NCBI GenBank assembly: GCA_029981855.1
Contig: JARRCS010000004.1
Location: 2,074 to 26,073 of the forward strand
From: Halanaerobiales bacterium
GTDB taxonomy: Bacteria > Bacillota > Halanaerobiia > Halanaerobiales > DTU029
Length of the DNA stretch: 24,000 bases
Direction: 5' to 3'
Shown here: positions 1 to 7,583 of the stretch, piece by piece
How the letters are laid out: each line of letters opens with the position of its first letter
Position numbering within the stretch: the first letter of the stretch is position 1
Position numbers and translations under genes: made by a program
Notes under the pieces: generated by a model
Database searches by the model: none
Told to the model about the DNA's origin: nothing
The model's input: the letters and a program-made list of their open reading frames with translations, nothing else

Positions 1-272
1 CCAAGGGTAAAAAAAATAAGCAGCAATAATTGCAGATTCCTTACCCGGTTTATATTATCGATGACAGAAACCAGTGAGAAGATCAGGGGGTATGATAGAT
101 TTCTGGTGGTAAATACCTCCAGGAGATAATTGATATTGATAATAATAATAAAAGCAAGAGCCATCCCTAAGAGATTCAGGGAGGAAAAGAGAAAAAATAA
201 CAGGCTATCACCTAAATTATGTTTTATTATCCTGAAAGCCTCCCTGGCAGCAAAAATAATCTTCCTAGGCAT
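1..272 (-). CDS. FtsX-like permease, N-terminal part (runs off the window at position 1)
   Basis: The ATG at 272-270 overlaps the ftsE-like stop (ATGCCTAG). The translation MPRKIIFAAREAFRIIKHNLGDSLLFFLFSSLNLLGMALAFIIIINI... has a basic N-terminus followed by a TM helix, as in FtsX. It sits directly downstream of the ftsE-like gene. It is absent from the ORF track because it has no stop inside the window. Confidence 0.5.
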   Translation of the reverse strand, partial: MPRKIIFAAREAFRIIKHNLGDSLLFFLFSSLNLLGMALAFIIIININYLLEVFTTRNLSYPLIFSLVSVIDNINRVRNLQLLLLIFFTL

Positions 273-906
273 AAAATCCCTTCTTTTTTTCATTCCTTCT
301 ACCCTTCTCTAATCTTATCACCCTGATATCATCCCCTAAAACCAGTCTCTTGTCACTGCTCAATAAAATTACCGTCAGCGAGAGTCTGTTAATCTTCTTC
401 AGGAGATGGATAATTGCCTGGGAATTAACTTCATCGAGCCGGCTCGAAGGGTCCTCCAGGATTAGAATTGAAGGGTAATTCAGCAGGGCCTGGGCGATAT
501 TTGCCCTGACCAGCTGGTGCCCGAGCAGTTCACCCGGCCTGAAGTTCTGATAACCCTCCAGACCTACGATATTTAAAACCCTTATTAACCTGAGATTGAA
601 ATGGGCCCGATTTAAACCCTTTATCTCCAAAATAAACTGTAAGTTTTCCGCCAGCGTCCTGTCAGGTAGGAGGATATTATCTTTAAAGACCACACCAATA
701 TCCCCTTTCAATAACTCAGGATTGAAATTATAGCAATTCAACCATCTGATCACACCGCTCTCAGGTTTCTCTTTACCGCTCATTAGATCCCTCAGCACCT
801 CCAGCACCCTCTCACTGGCATCATAGATATAGACAAATTCACCTCTATTTATGTTAAAGCTTAAATTCTTCAGTCCATTTTTACATACCCGGTTAAAGAC
901 GATCAT
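265..906 (-). CDS. ftsE: FtsE-like ABC ATPase homolog with degenerate catalytic motifs
   Basis: 213 aa. It aligns by eye with B. subtilis FtsE (GEFVY..., DIGVVFKDNILLPDRTLAENL, ILILEDPSSRLD). However, Walker A (GPSGAGKST) is replaced by DASERVLEV, the signature LSGGEQQ by LLGHQLV, and the H-loop His is absent. It is followed by an FtsX-like ORF. Confidence 0.6.
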   Translation of the reverse strand: MIVFNRVCKNGLKNLSFNINRGEFVYIYDASERVLEVLRDLMSGKEKPESGVIRWLNCYNFNPELLKGDIGVVFKDNILLPDRTLAENLQFILEIKGLNRAHFNLRLIRVLNIVGLEGYQNFRPGELLGHQLVRANIAQALLNYPSILILEDPSSRLDEVNSQAIIHLLKKINRLSLTVILLSSDKRLVLGDDIRVIRLEKGRRNEKKKGFYA

Positions 907-957
907 GAAAAATCCCCCTTATCATTATTAGTATACTTAATAAAGGAGAGATCTATA

Positions 958-993
958 AAGAAAAACCACAGGTAAATTAAACTACCTGTGGTT
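958..993 (-). terminator. Rho-independent terminator after yitT
   Basis: Minus strand: the stem CCACAGGTA (991-983) / TACCTGTGG (974-966) with an 8-nt loop is followed by TTTTTCTTT. Confidence 0.7.
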
Positions 994-1008
994 GATTATT
1001 CCTCTATT

Positions 1009-1845
1009 TTAACCGATCTGCTTAAAGCCTTCACCAAGGACCTCGTGAACATCGGCAATAATTACAAAGGCCCCGGGATCAATCTCATAGACCATCCTCT
1101 TTAATTTGGTTACCTCGGATCTGGAGATGATACAGAATAAGACATCCTTTTCCTCTCCCGTATAACCGCCATAACCCTCCAGTATGGTGACACCCCGGTC
1201 CAGATTTGAGATTATTCCTTCCCTGATTTTGTCCGGTTTAGAGGAGATGATAAAGGTAGCCCTGGTCAAGGAAAAGCCCTCCTGGACCAGGTCGATGGTC
1301 TTGCTATTAATAAATATCGTCAGGGCAGCATAAAGCGCAACCTCTATATTGAAAAAGATTCCGGCGAGCATAACAACAAAACCATCGGCCAGCAACAGCC
1401 CCTGCCCGGTACTTAAACCGGTAAAATGGTTTATTAACATTGCAACCATATCAGTACCACCGGTAGTCCCCTTTGCTCTAAAGACAAGCCCCAAGCCCAG
1501 ACCGCCGAGAATCCCGCCATAGATAGTTGCCAGCAGGAGATCCTTTGTTAATACCGGAACAACCGGCTGGAGAATATCGGTAAAAACGGATAAGGTTATA
1601 ATACCGTAGATCGTCCTGGCCCCGAAAGACCTTCCCAGGATCTTAACCCCGGCAATAAATAAGGGGATATTGATTGCCAGCATCATAATTCCCACAGGTA
1701 TATGAGTAAGGTAAAAGATAACCGTAGCTAAACCGCTCACTCCCCCGGCCGCAATCTTATTGGGTACCAGAAAGATAGTCAAACCGAGGGCAGTTAATAA
1801 CGAACCAAGGGTGATCCCTAGATAATCAAAGAATACCTGCCTCAT
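1009..1845 (-). CDS. YitT family membrane protein (DUF161/DUF2179)
   Basis: MRQVFFDYLGITLGSLLTALGLTIFLVPNKIAAGGVSGLATVIFYL... is typical of YitT. I place the start at the ATG at 1845, which has GGAGG 6 nt upstream. The longer ORF-track start (1959) would overlap tagA by 112 nt. Confidence 0.85.
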   Translation of the reverse strand: MRQVFFDYLGITLGSLLTALGLTIFLVPNKIAAGGVSGLATVIFYLTHIPVGIMMLAINIPLFIAGVKILGRSFGARTIYGIITLSVFTDILQPVVPVLTKDLLLATIYGGILGGLGLGLVFRAKGTTGGTDMVAMLINHFTGLSTGQGLLLADGFVVMLAGIFFNIEVALYAALTIFINSKTIDLVQEGFSLTRATFIISSKPDKIREGIISNLDRGVTILEGYGGYTGEEKDVLFCIISRSEVTKLKRMVYEIDPGAFVIIADVHEVLGEGFKQIG

Positions 1846-1847
1846 CT

Positions 1848-2594
1848 TTAACCTCCAAATCTTTTTCTGATTAACTCCCAAAAAACCAGTATAACAAATC
1901 TGGGCAGTGCCAGCATCCTCCCCAGCCGGCTGGGTTCCTGTAACAAACGAAATAACCATTCCAGATGCATCCGCTGCATCCAGAGAGGAGCCCTATTAAC
2001 CCGGCCGGCCAGCACATCAAAGGCCCCTCCTACGGTCATAGCCACCCTAACCTTTAATCTATGTAAATTTTGGGCTAAAAACTTCTCCTGTAAAGGCACC
2101 CCCATTCCAATAAATAAAAGATCTGGCTCCAGGCCGTTGATCTCATTTATGACCTCTTCCAGGAGTCTTTTATCAAGATAACCGTGATGGCTGCCGCAGA
2201 GATTCAGGGTTGGAAACTCCTCTCTGATCTTCTGCCCGGCCGTCTCCACTATCCCCGGTTTGCCACCCAGGAGGTAAATACTGTAATTATTTATCACAGC
2301 CAGCGAGAAAAGCTCCTTCATCAGGTCAAAACCGGCCACCCTCTCCGGTACGGGATCCTTAAATATACGGGAAGCCAGTACCACACCTGCCCCATCGGGG
2401 ACACTTAAATCAGCCTGATTTAAAATTGCCCTTAATTCGGGGTCCTCCCGGGCCATGACTATCATCTCGGAGTTGGGGGTCACAATCATCCTCCCCTGCC
2501 GGCCTCCCTCAATAAACTCCACTACCCTATCTTTAGCTTGCCCCATATTTACTTTATTAACCTTAACACCAAGGATATCAACCTGATCTCGCAT
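1848..2594 (-). CDS. tagA: WecB/TagA/CpsF family glycosyltransferase (ManNAc transferase type)
   Basis: 248 aa. The N-terminus has ILGVKVNKV..., followed by PNSEMIVMA, VPDGAGVV, LLGGKPG and FIGMGVPLQEKF, which is the TagA family pattern. GAGG lies 5 nt upstream of the ATG. Confidence 0.85.
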   Translation of the reverse strand: MRDQVDILGVKVNKVNMGQAKDRVVEFIEGGRQGRMIVTPNSEMIVMAREDPELRAILNQADLSVPDGAGVVLASRIFKDPVPERVAGFDLMKELFSLAVINNYSIYLLGGKPGIVETAGQKIREEFPTLNLCGSHHGYLDKRLLEEVINEINGLEPDLLFIGMGVPLQEKFLAQNLHRLKVRVAMTVGGAFDVLAGRVNRAPLWMQRMHLEWLFRLLQEPSRLGRMLALPRFVILVFWELIRKRFGG

Positions 2595-2612
2595 CTCAAC
2601 CTCAACTTTCTA

Positions 2613-2647
2613 AAGGTTTCTGCAATCGGAAACATCTATTTGTAGTT
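2613..2647. repeat. Repeat-family copy E: right-end fragment (3' arm of module H plus the right inverted repeat)
   Basis: 2613-2632 is identical (20/20) to 19343-19362. 2624-2642 is identical (19/19) to 20619-20637. It ends with CATCTATTTGTAGTT, the reverse complement of the AACTACAAATAGATG seen at 22317. Confidence 0.8.
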
Positions 2648-3808
2648 TAACAGGTCCAGTACCAGTCTGGCATTATAGATGGCTTGTTGATAAAAATCCT
2701 CCATTTTATGTTCCAGCAGGGTAATAAACTTCTCCCGGTTTTCCCAGACTGCCTGACAGACCCTCTTAAGGCTTTCAACATCCAGATCATCAAGCTCCAT
2801 CAGGGAGTTAACCCCCAGCATCTCCAGAAAACCCTTAACCTTGGGGTCATAGCTTAAAGCGACAAAGGGCAGGTGCTGGAGGGCAGCAAAGATCAGAGAG
2901 TGCAGCCTGACTCCGAGCAAAAAATCCAGCCTGGCAAAGAGCTTAAGCATCTCCAGCGGGTCATACCGGTCTGACAAGATCCGGACCTTACTCGCCAGCA
3001 AACCGGCCAGCTTCCTGCTTACCTCCTGATCCTGCCGGTAGTGCATAGGGATAATGATAATCTCCCCTCCGGTCAGCCCGGAGATAAAATCAGCGGTCCG
3101 GGCTACCTTTTCCAGATAGGAGTTATCACCCCAGGGTCTGACCGAAATTCCGATCAAGGGCTTTTCTTTTCTAATATCTGCCTTCACTTTAGCCTTCATA
3201 CCCTTTTCTTGCAGTAGTTTCTCGCTCTCAGTCCATTCCCTCCCCTTGAGGGCAAAAACCGGATCACTGGTTATTTTGATCAATCCGGGATCAACTCCGA
3301 GCTCAATGAAAAAATCCCGGGAGTTTCTATCCCTGACCGTTATTAAGTCGGTCCTGTTTGCTATTAGCCTGACAAACAGCCTCCCGCCCCTTCCTTTAAT
3401 CGGGCCGACTCCCTGAGCATAAAAAACAGTCTTTTTCCCCCTTAACTGGGCAAAAAAGACCTGACTGAGATAGTAGGGGATGGTTCTCCAGCTGGTTACA
3501 TCCTGAAGCAGACTCCCTCCCCCACTGATCAGGAGATCACACCGCGAGATCTCCCGCAAAACTGCCCTTAAATCATTACGGTAAACGGATTCAACCTGAT
3601 ACCTGGCCGCCGTTACCTCGGGCTGATTTGATAGAACAACTATCTCGAGCGGCTCTCTCTCTTCCCGGTAAAAACCAATTCTCTTCTCTTTCTGGGGGAG
3701 ACCGGACTCCTTTAATTCCTGGCGGAGAGCAGAGATTATACCTACCAGAACGGCCTCATCACCGAGATTATCAAACCCGTAATAACCGGAAATAACAATC
3801 CTAGCCAT
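2636..3808 (-). CDS. csaB: Polysaccharide pyruvyl transferase CsaB
   Basis: MARIVISGYYGFDNLGDEAVL... is the CsaB N-terminal signature. The protein is about 390 aa and sits next to tagA and DUF5693. The start is the ATG at 3808 (the TTG at 3811 is also possible). The last codons AAC TAC AAA TAG lie inside the repeat. Confidence 0.85.
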   Translation of the reverse strand: MARIVISGYYGFDNLGDEAVLVGIISALRQELKESGLPQKEKRIGFYREEREPLEIVVLSNQPEVTAARYQVESVYRNDLRAVLREISRCDLLISGGGSLLQDVTSWRTIPYYLSQVFFAQLRGKKTVFYAQGVGPIKGRGGRLFVRLIANRTDLITVRDRNSRDFFIELGVDPGLIKITSDPVFALKGREWTESEKLLQEKGMKAKVKADIRKEKPLIGISVRPWGDNSYLEKVARTADFISGLTGGEIIIIPMHYRQDQEVSRKLAGLLASKVRILSDRYDPLEMLKLFARLDFLLGVRLHSLIFAALQHLPFVALSYDPKVKGFLEMLGVNSLMELDDLDVESLKRVCQAVWENREKFITLLEHKMEDFYQQAIYNARLVLDLLNYK

Positions 3809-5765
3809 CAATACCTGCCTTCCTTCCGCTCCATAGAGGGATTAGATACCTTAAAACCACCAGCAGAATAATGCCGATAATCAGCCCCAGCCATAAGCCG
3901 TGAAATACCCTTAGTAAGGAAACTGACAGAGGGGTATGGACATGGGAAAAGGTATTTAAAATATTTATCTGCCCGATAGTAGCCAGCAGCAACAGCGGAT
4001 AGAAGATCAGGCGATTCTTTAAGCTATTTACCAGCCCCAGAGTAACGACCAGGAAGGGGTGTCCCAGTAAAAATTCTTTAAAACGCGGTCTAACATAGAG
4101 AACCTTTTCCAGCCAGTCCCGGATATAGACCTCGATATCGGGGACCGGTAAGATGGGGTAATTACCGGTTCTGCCGATATAAACAGCACCACCGAGGGCG
4201 AGAACAAACAGTAATAACAGATGCTTTACCTTGATATTTAGATTTAAAAAGGCTGTAATTCTCTCCCGCCAGTTAAACTCCCTTTTAAACCGTAATTCTT
4301 TAAAATAGTAGAAAGTTACCAAGATGACTGGCAGAATAAAGGAGAGTTTAACACCGGTAAACTGGTCAACCTTAAGCATAAAGCTAATATGGGCCAGACT
4401 CGCGCTGAGGAAGACGGCCCCCAGGAGGGAGATAAGACCTGCCTTTAAAAATCTCCACAACCAGCTATCCCCATTTTTGCTGAAAACCTGGGTAATTATC
4501 GCCAGACTGGGGAAAATTACACTACTGGCCAGGGCCAGTACCTTTCTAACCAGCATTCCCTTGCCGAGGTAAAAGAGACCTAACTCACCGATAAGACCGA
4601 GTAGAATAATAAATAAAGCCCATTTAGTCAGCTTTATTCCGGATAGGTATTCCAAAAGCAGCACCCCGGCAATCATAATTCCCAGACTAATAAATAAAAC
4701 CTCAACTTCAGTATTACTAAATTGAGGGTAGGGCCGGGCTTTCCCGATAATAAACCCTTCTTCCTTAAGCCTTGAACTTAGTGTCCGGATATAATCCAGA
4801 GTTAAATCAACAGGCTCCTTTCCCCCTTTTTCCTGTAAAAAAGGTTTTAGATAAAGGAGACGGACATTCCTTTCCCGGGCCGCCAGCAAGTAACGATCTA
4901 CAATTCTTTCCATTGAGTACTTCTCAAGTCTACTATCCATCTCACCCTGCTGGATACTGTGTACTCTGAGCACCTTATAATCCAGCTTCCTGGCCAGGGT
5001 AGCTGCCCCCAGCTGTCTGGCAATAAAGGGCTCAATCATTCCGAAACTAATCTGATTAGTCCGCATAATATCCGCTGTTTTCGCCAGCTGACTTCTGCCA
5101 GGCTCCCGGTCATAACCCGTAATCTCTTTCCCGCTAAAAATAACATAATCTGGCGACATTTCCCGTAAAAAGTCCCAGTTTAACTGATTATTTAGAGGGT
5201 TATTATCAACCCTGGGAATTACCTTCAAACCGGTTCTCTTTATTCTGTCAATTAAGTCTCTATCAAATCCGAAACTTAAATGGAGAAACTTAACCTTCCA
5301 TTCCTTAAAGAAAATAACCAGCTCATCATCTCTGGTCTTATAATCAAGTTGATATTTCTCTTTCCATTCCGGAAGATAAGTGACGGCTCTCCTGATAACC
5401 GCCGGGTCTTTAATTTTGACAAATAAAGAATCATCTTCATAGGGAAAGGAATTAAGCAGAGAGTCGATGGTACCGGTCTTGTCCAGGGTTCTATTAACCT
5501 CATTGCCACTTAAGAGCCTTGCCTGCCCCTGGTTTACCAGATCCCTGATAGTATCAGGATAGACAGCGACCCCGGTCAGCTCCCTCTTTTTTAATTCCAC
5601 CAGCAGGTCTTTATCGGTCTCTTTCTGTAAAAGGGAGAGGGCATTATAATCCATAATCAACTCTATTCTATTATTTAACTCTTCAACCCTCAATCTTCCC
5701 CATAAGCCTTTACCGGCAAAGATTAAAGCTATAATAAATAACACCAGCAGAAACTTTCTCCCCAT
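3801..5765 (-). CDS. Large polytopic membrane protein (DUF5693-like), SCWP-associated
   Basis: 654 aa. One N-terminal TM helix is followed by a soluble domain of about 330 aa and many C-terminal TM helices. I recall DUF5693 proteins as the usual neighbours of csaB/tagA in Firmicutes. The start overlaps the upstream stop (TAATG) and the stop overlaps the csaB start. Confidence 0.5.
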   Translation of the reverse strand: MGRKFLLVLFIIALIFAGKGLWGRLRVEELNNRIELIMDYNALSLLQKETDKDLLVELKKRELTGVAVYPDTIRDLVNQGQARLLSGNEVNRTLDKTGTIDSLLNSFPYEDDSLFVKIKDPAVIRRAVTYLPEWKEKYQLDYKTRDDELVIFFKEWKVKFLHLSFGFDRDLIDRIKRTGLKVIPRVDNNPLNNQLNWDFLREMSPDYVIFSGKEITGYDREPGRSQLAKTADIMRTNQISFGMIEPFIARQLGAATLARKLDYKVLRVHSIQQGEMDSRLEKYSMERIVDRYLLAARERNVRLLYLKPFLQEKGGKEPVDLTLDYIRTLSSRLKEEGFIIGKARPYPQFSNTEVEVLFISLGIMIAGVLLLEYLSGIKLTKWALFIILLGLIGELGLFYLGKGMLVRKVLALASSVIFPSLAIITQVFSKNGDSWLWRFLKAGLISLLGAVFLSASLAHISFMLKVDQFTGVKLSFILPVILVTFYYFKELRFKREFNWRERITAFLNLNIKVKHLLLLFVLALGGAVYIGRTGNYPILPVPDIEVYIRDWLEKVLYVRPRFKEFLLGHPFLVVTLGLVNSLKNRLIFYPLLLLATIGQINILNTFSHVHTPLSVSLLRVFHGLWLGLIIGIILLVVLRYLIPLWSGRKAGIDG

Positions 5766-6463
5766 TAAAATTCCGCCTTTCTTTCATTATTCCCTTTCCC
5801 GATAATCCTGAGTTCACCCCGGCCGATCTTAATCTCATCAATATTAAGCGGGACATCCAGTTCATCCAGATCAAAGGAAAAGCCCTTATCCTTCATAAAA
5901 TCACGGATTAAACCGGCAGAGATGCTGATATCCTCGAAGAGGAAATTCTGAGGGATAAAGGAAATTTTATTACCTTCGGTAATAGCCAGCTCCCCGGCTA
6001 ACTGCAGCTTTAACCGGGCCTCAAAAAACTTAAGCACCCCGCTTAAATAGACCTGGTCAGGGATTAACTCTATTTTAAAACTATCCAGTTCGGGGTAATT
6101 TACCCTGAGGTAGTTATTGAGGGCCTCCTCAGTTATCAAAATATCCAAAGCTATATTCTCTCCCTCAAAAGAGCCTTCCTTTAATTTGATATTCCGGTAT
6201 TTTACGGCAAAGGCATCAAGATAGAGGCCTTTAAACTCAAGTCCTCTGGATTCAACCGCTACCCGGTCCAGCCTCCCCAGAAGGATCTCTAAAGCGGGGA
6301 AGGAACTTACCTGAATATCCAATCTCTCTATCCTATCGGTTCCGGCCCGAAATATCTCCCCGATCCTTCTTTCAGCCATTCGGGGTAGGTAAAGCTCTAA
6401 ACCCAGGATAATAATTAAAACTAACAGTATTAAATACCAGAGGTAACCCCTTCTCCTCCTCAT
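5765..6463 (-). CDS. DUF2993 / LmeA-like membrane-anchored protein
   Basis: 232 aa. It has an N-terminal RRRR motif followed by a TM anchor, then a beta-rich body with LDRVAVESRGLEFKGLYLD and LSGVLKFFEARLKLQLAGEL, resembling DUF2993. The ATGA overlap with the prfB stop suggests translational coupling. Confidence 0.5.
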   Translation of the reverse strand: MRRRRGYLWYLILLVLIIILGLELYLPRMAERRIGEIFRAGTDRIERLDIQVSSFPALEILLGRLDRVAVESRGLEFKGLYLDAFAVKYRNIKLKEGSFEGENIALDILITEEALNNYLRVNYPELDSFKIELIPDQVYLSGVLKFFEARLKLQLAGELAITEGNKISFIPQNFLFEDISISAGLIRDFMKDKGFSFDLDELDVPLNIDEIKIGRGELRIIGKGNNERKAEF

Positions 6464-7579
6464 AACTTACTCCCTTCACCGGCCTCCATCTTCAGGTAGG
6501 CCTCAATAAACTCATCCAGGTAACCATCCATTACCTTTTTAACATTTCCTTCTTCCAGCCCGGTCCGGTGGTCTTTAATCATATTATAGGGGTGAAAGAC
6601 ATAGGAGCGGATCTGATTGCCCCAGGCAATCTCCTTATGCTCCCCTCTAAGTTCAGCAATTTTCTCCGCCTGGGCATCTTCCTTCATCTTCAGCAAGCGG
6701 GATTTGAGAATAGTCAGGGCCATCTTCTTATTCTTATGCTGGGACCTCTCATTCTGGCACTGAACTACCAGCCCGGTAGGTAGATGGGTAATTCTGACGG
6801 CAGAATCGGTCTTATTAACATGCTGCCCCCCGGCCCCACTTGCCCGGTAGGTCTCTATCTTCAGGTCATTGGGGTCGATCTCTATCTCAATCTCATCATC
6901 TATCTCTGGTATAATATCTACCGAGGCAAAGGAGGTATGCCTTCTCCCGGAGGAGTCAAAGGGGGAGATCCGGACAAGGCGGTGTACACCCCTCTCTCCT
7001 TTAAGATAACCGAAACAATAATCACCGGAGATCAAGAGGGTAACCCTCTTTATACCTGCCTCCTCACCGGGCAGAAAGTCCAGGGTCTCTATTTCATATC
7101 CATTACCCTCTGCCCAGCGGGTATACATCCTGAGTAACATCTCCGCCCAGTCCTGAGACTCGGTTCCTCCGGCCCCGGGATGGATCGACAGAATGGCGTT
7201 CTTTTCATCATACTTACCGCTCAGTTTTATCTTAAGCTCCATCTTCTCCAGGGTTTGAGCGAGGGACTTAACCGTCTCTTCCAGCTCATTCCAGAGCCCC
7301 GATTCCTCGCCCTCTTCTTCAGCCAGTTCCAGCATTACCTCTCCTTCTTCCAGTTTCTCTTCCAGTGAATTCAGGGATTGAATCCTGTTCTTAATCCTAT
7401 TTACCCGGCGGGCTACCTTCTGGGCCTCTTCGGGGTTATCCCAAAAATCAGCCCTGCCCATCTCTTGCTCCAACTCTTCCTTTAAATTGACCAGTTTATC
7501 CCAGTCAAAGAGCATCCCTCAAATCTTCTATTCTCTTTCTTAATTCAGTTAATTTTATCTGATAATTATTATTTAACAT
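6460..7579 (-). CDS. prfB: Peptide chain release factor 2, expressed through a programmed +1 frameshift
   Basis: Frame 0 starts at the ATG at 7579 and reads MLNNNYQIKLTELRKRIEDLRDAL, then hits an in-frame TGA at 7507-7505. The CTT TGA C site is at 7510-7504, with AGGGA just upstream. The +1 frame continues DWDKLVNL... and contains SPF and the GGQ motif (SGAGGQHVNKTDSAVR). Confidence 0.95.
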
Positions 7580-7583
7580 CTTA

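Noticed and set aside
1846-1959. N-terminal extensions suggested by the ORF track for yitT (to 1959), secA (GTG at 10163), the SpoIID-like gene (18452) and flgG (23183).
   Set aside because: The internal ATGs have proper Shine-Dalgarno sequences and give the family-typical N-termini (MRQVFFDY..., MLNFIKK..., MKPRCF... as a signal peptide, MIGALWTAATGM...). The extensions overlap upstream genes or repeat sequence.
2616-2647. The GTTTC...GAAAC-containing block (GGTTTCTGCAATCGGAAACATCTATTTGTAG) looks like a CRISPR repeat.
   Set aside because: The copies are kilobases apart (2613, 19343, 20617). There is no regular repeat-spacer periodicity and there are no cas genes in the window.
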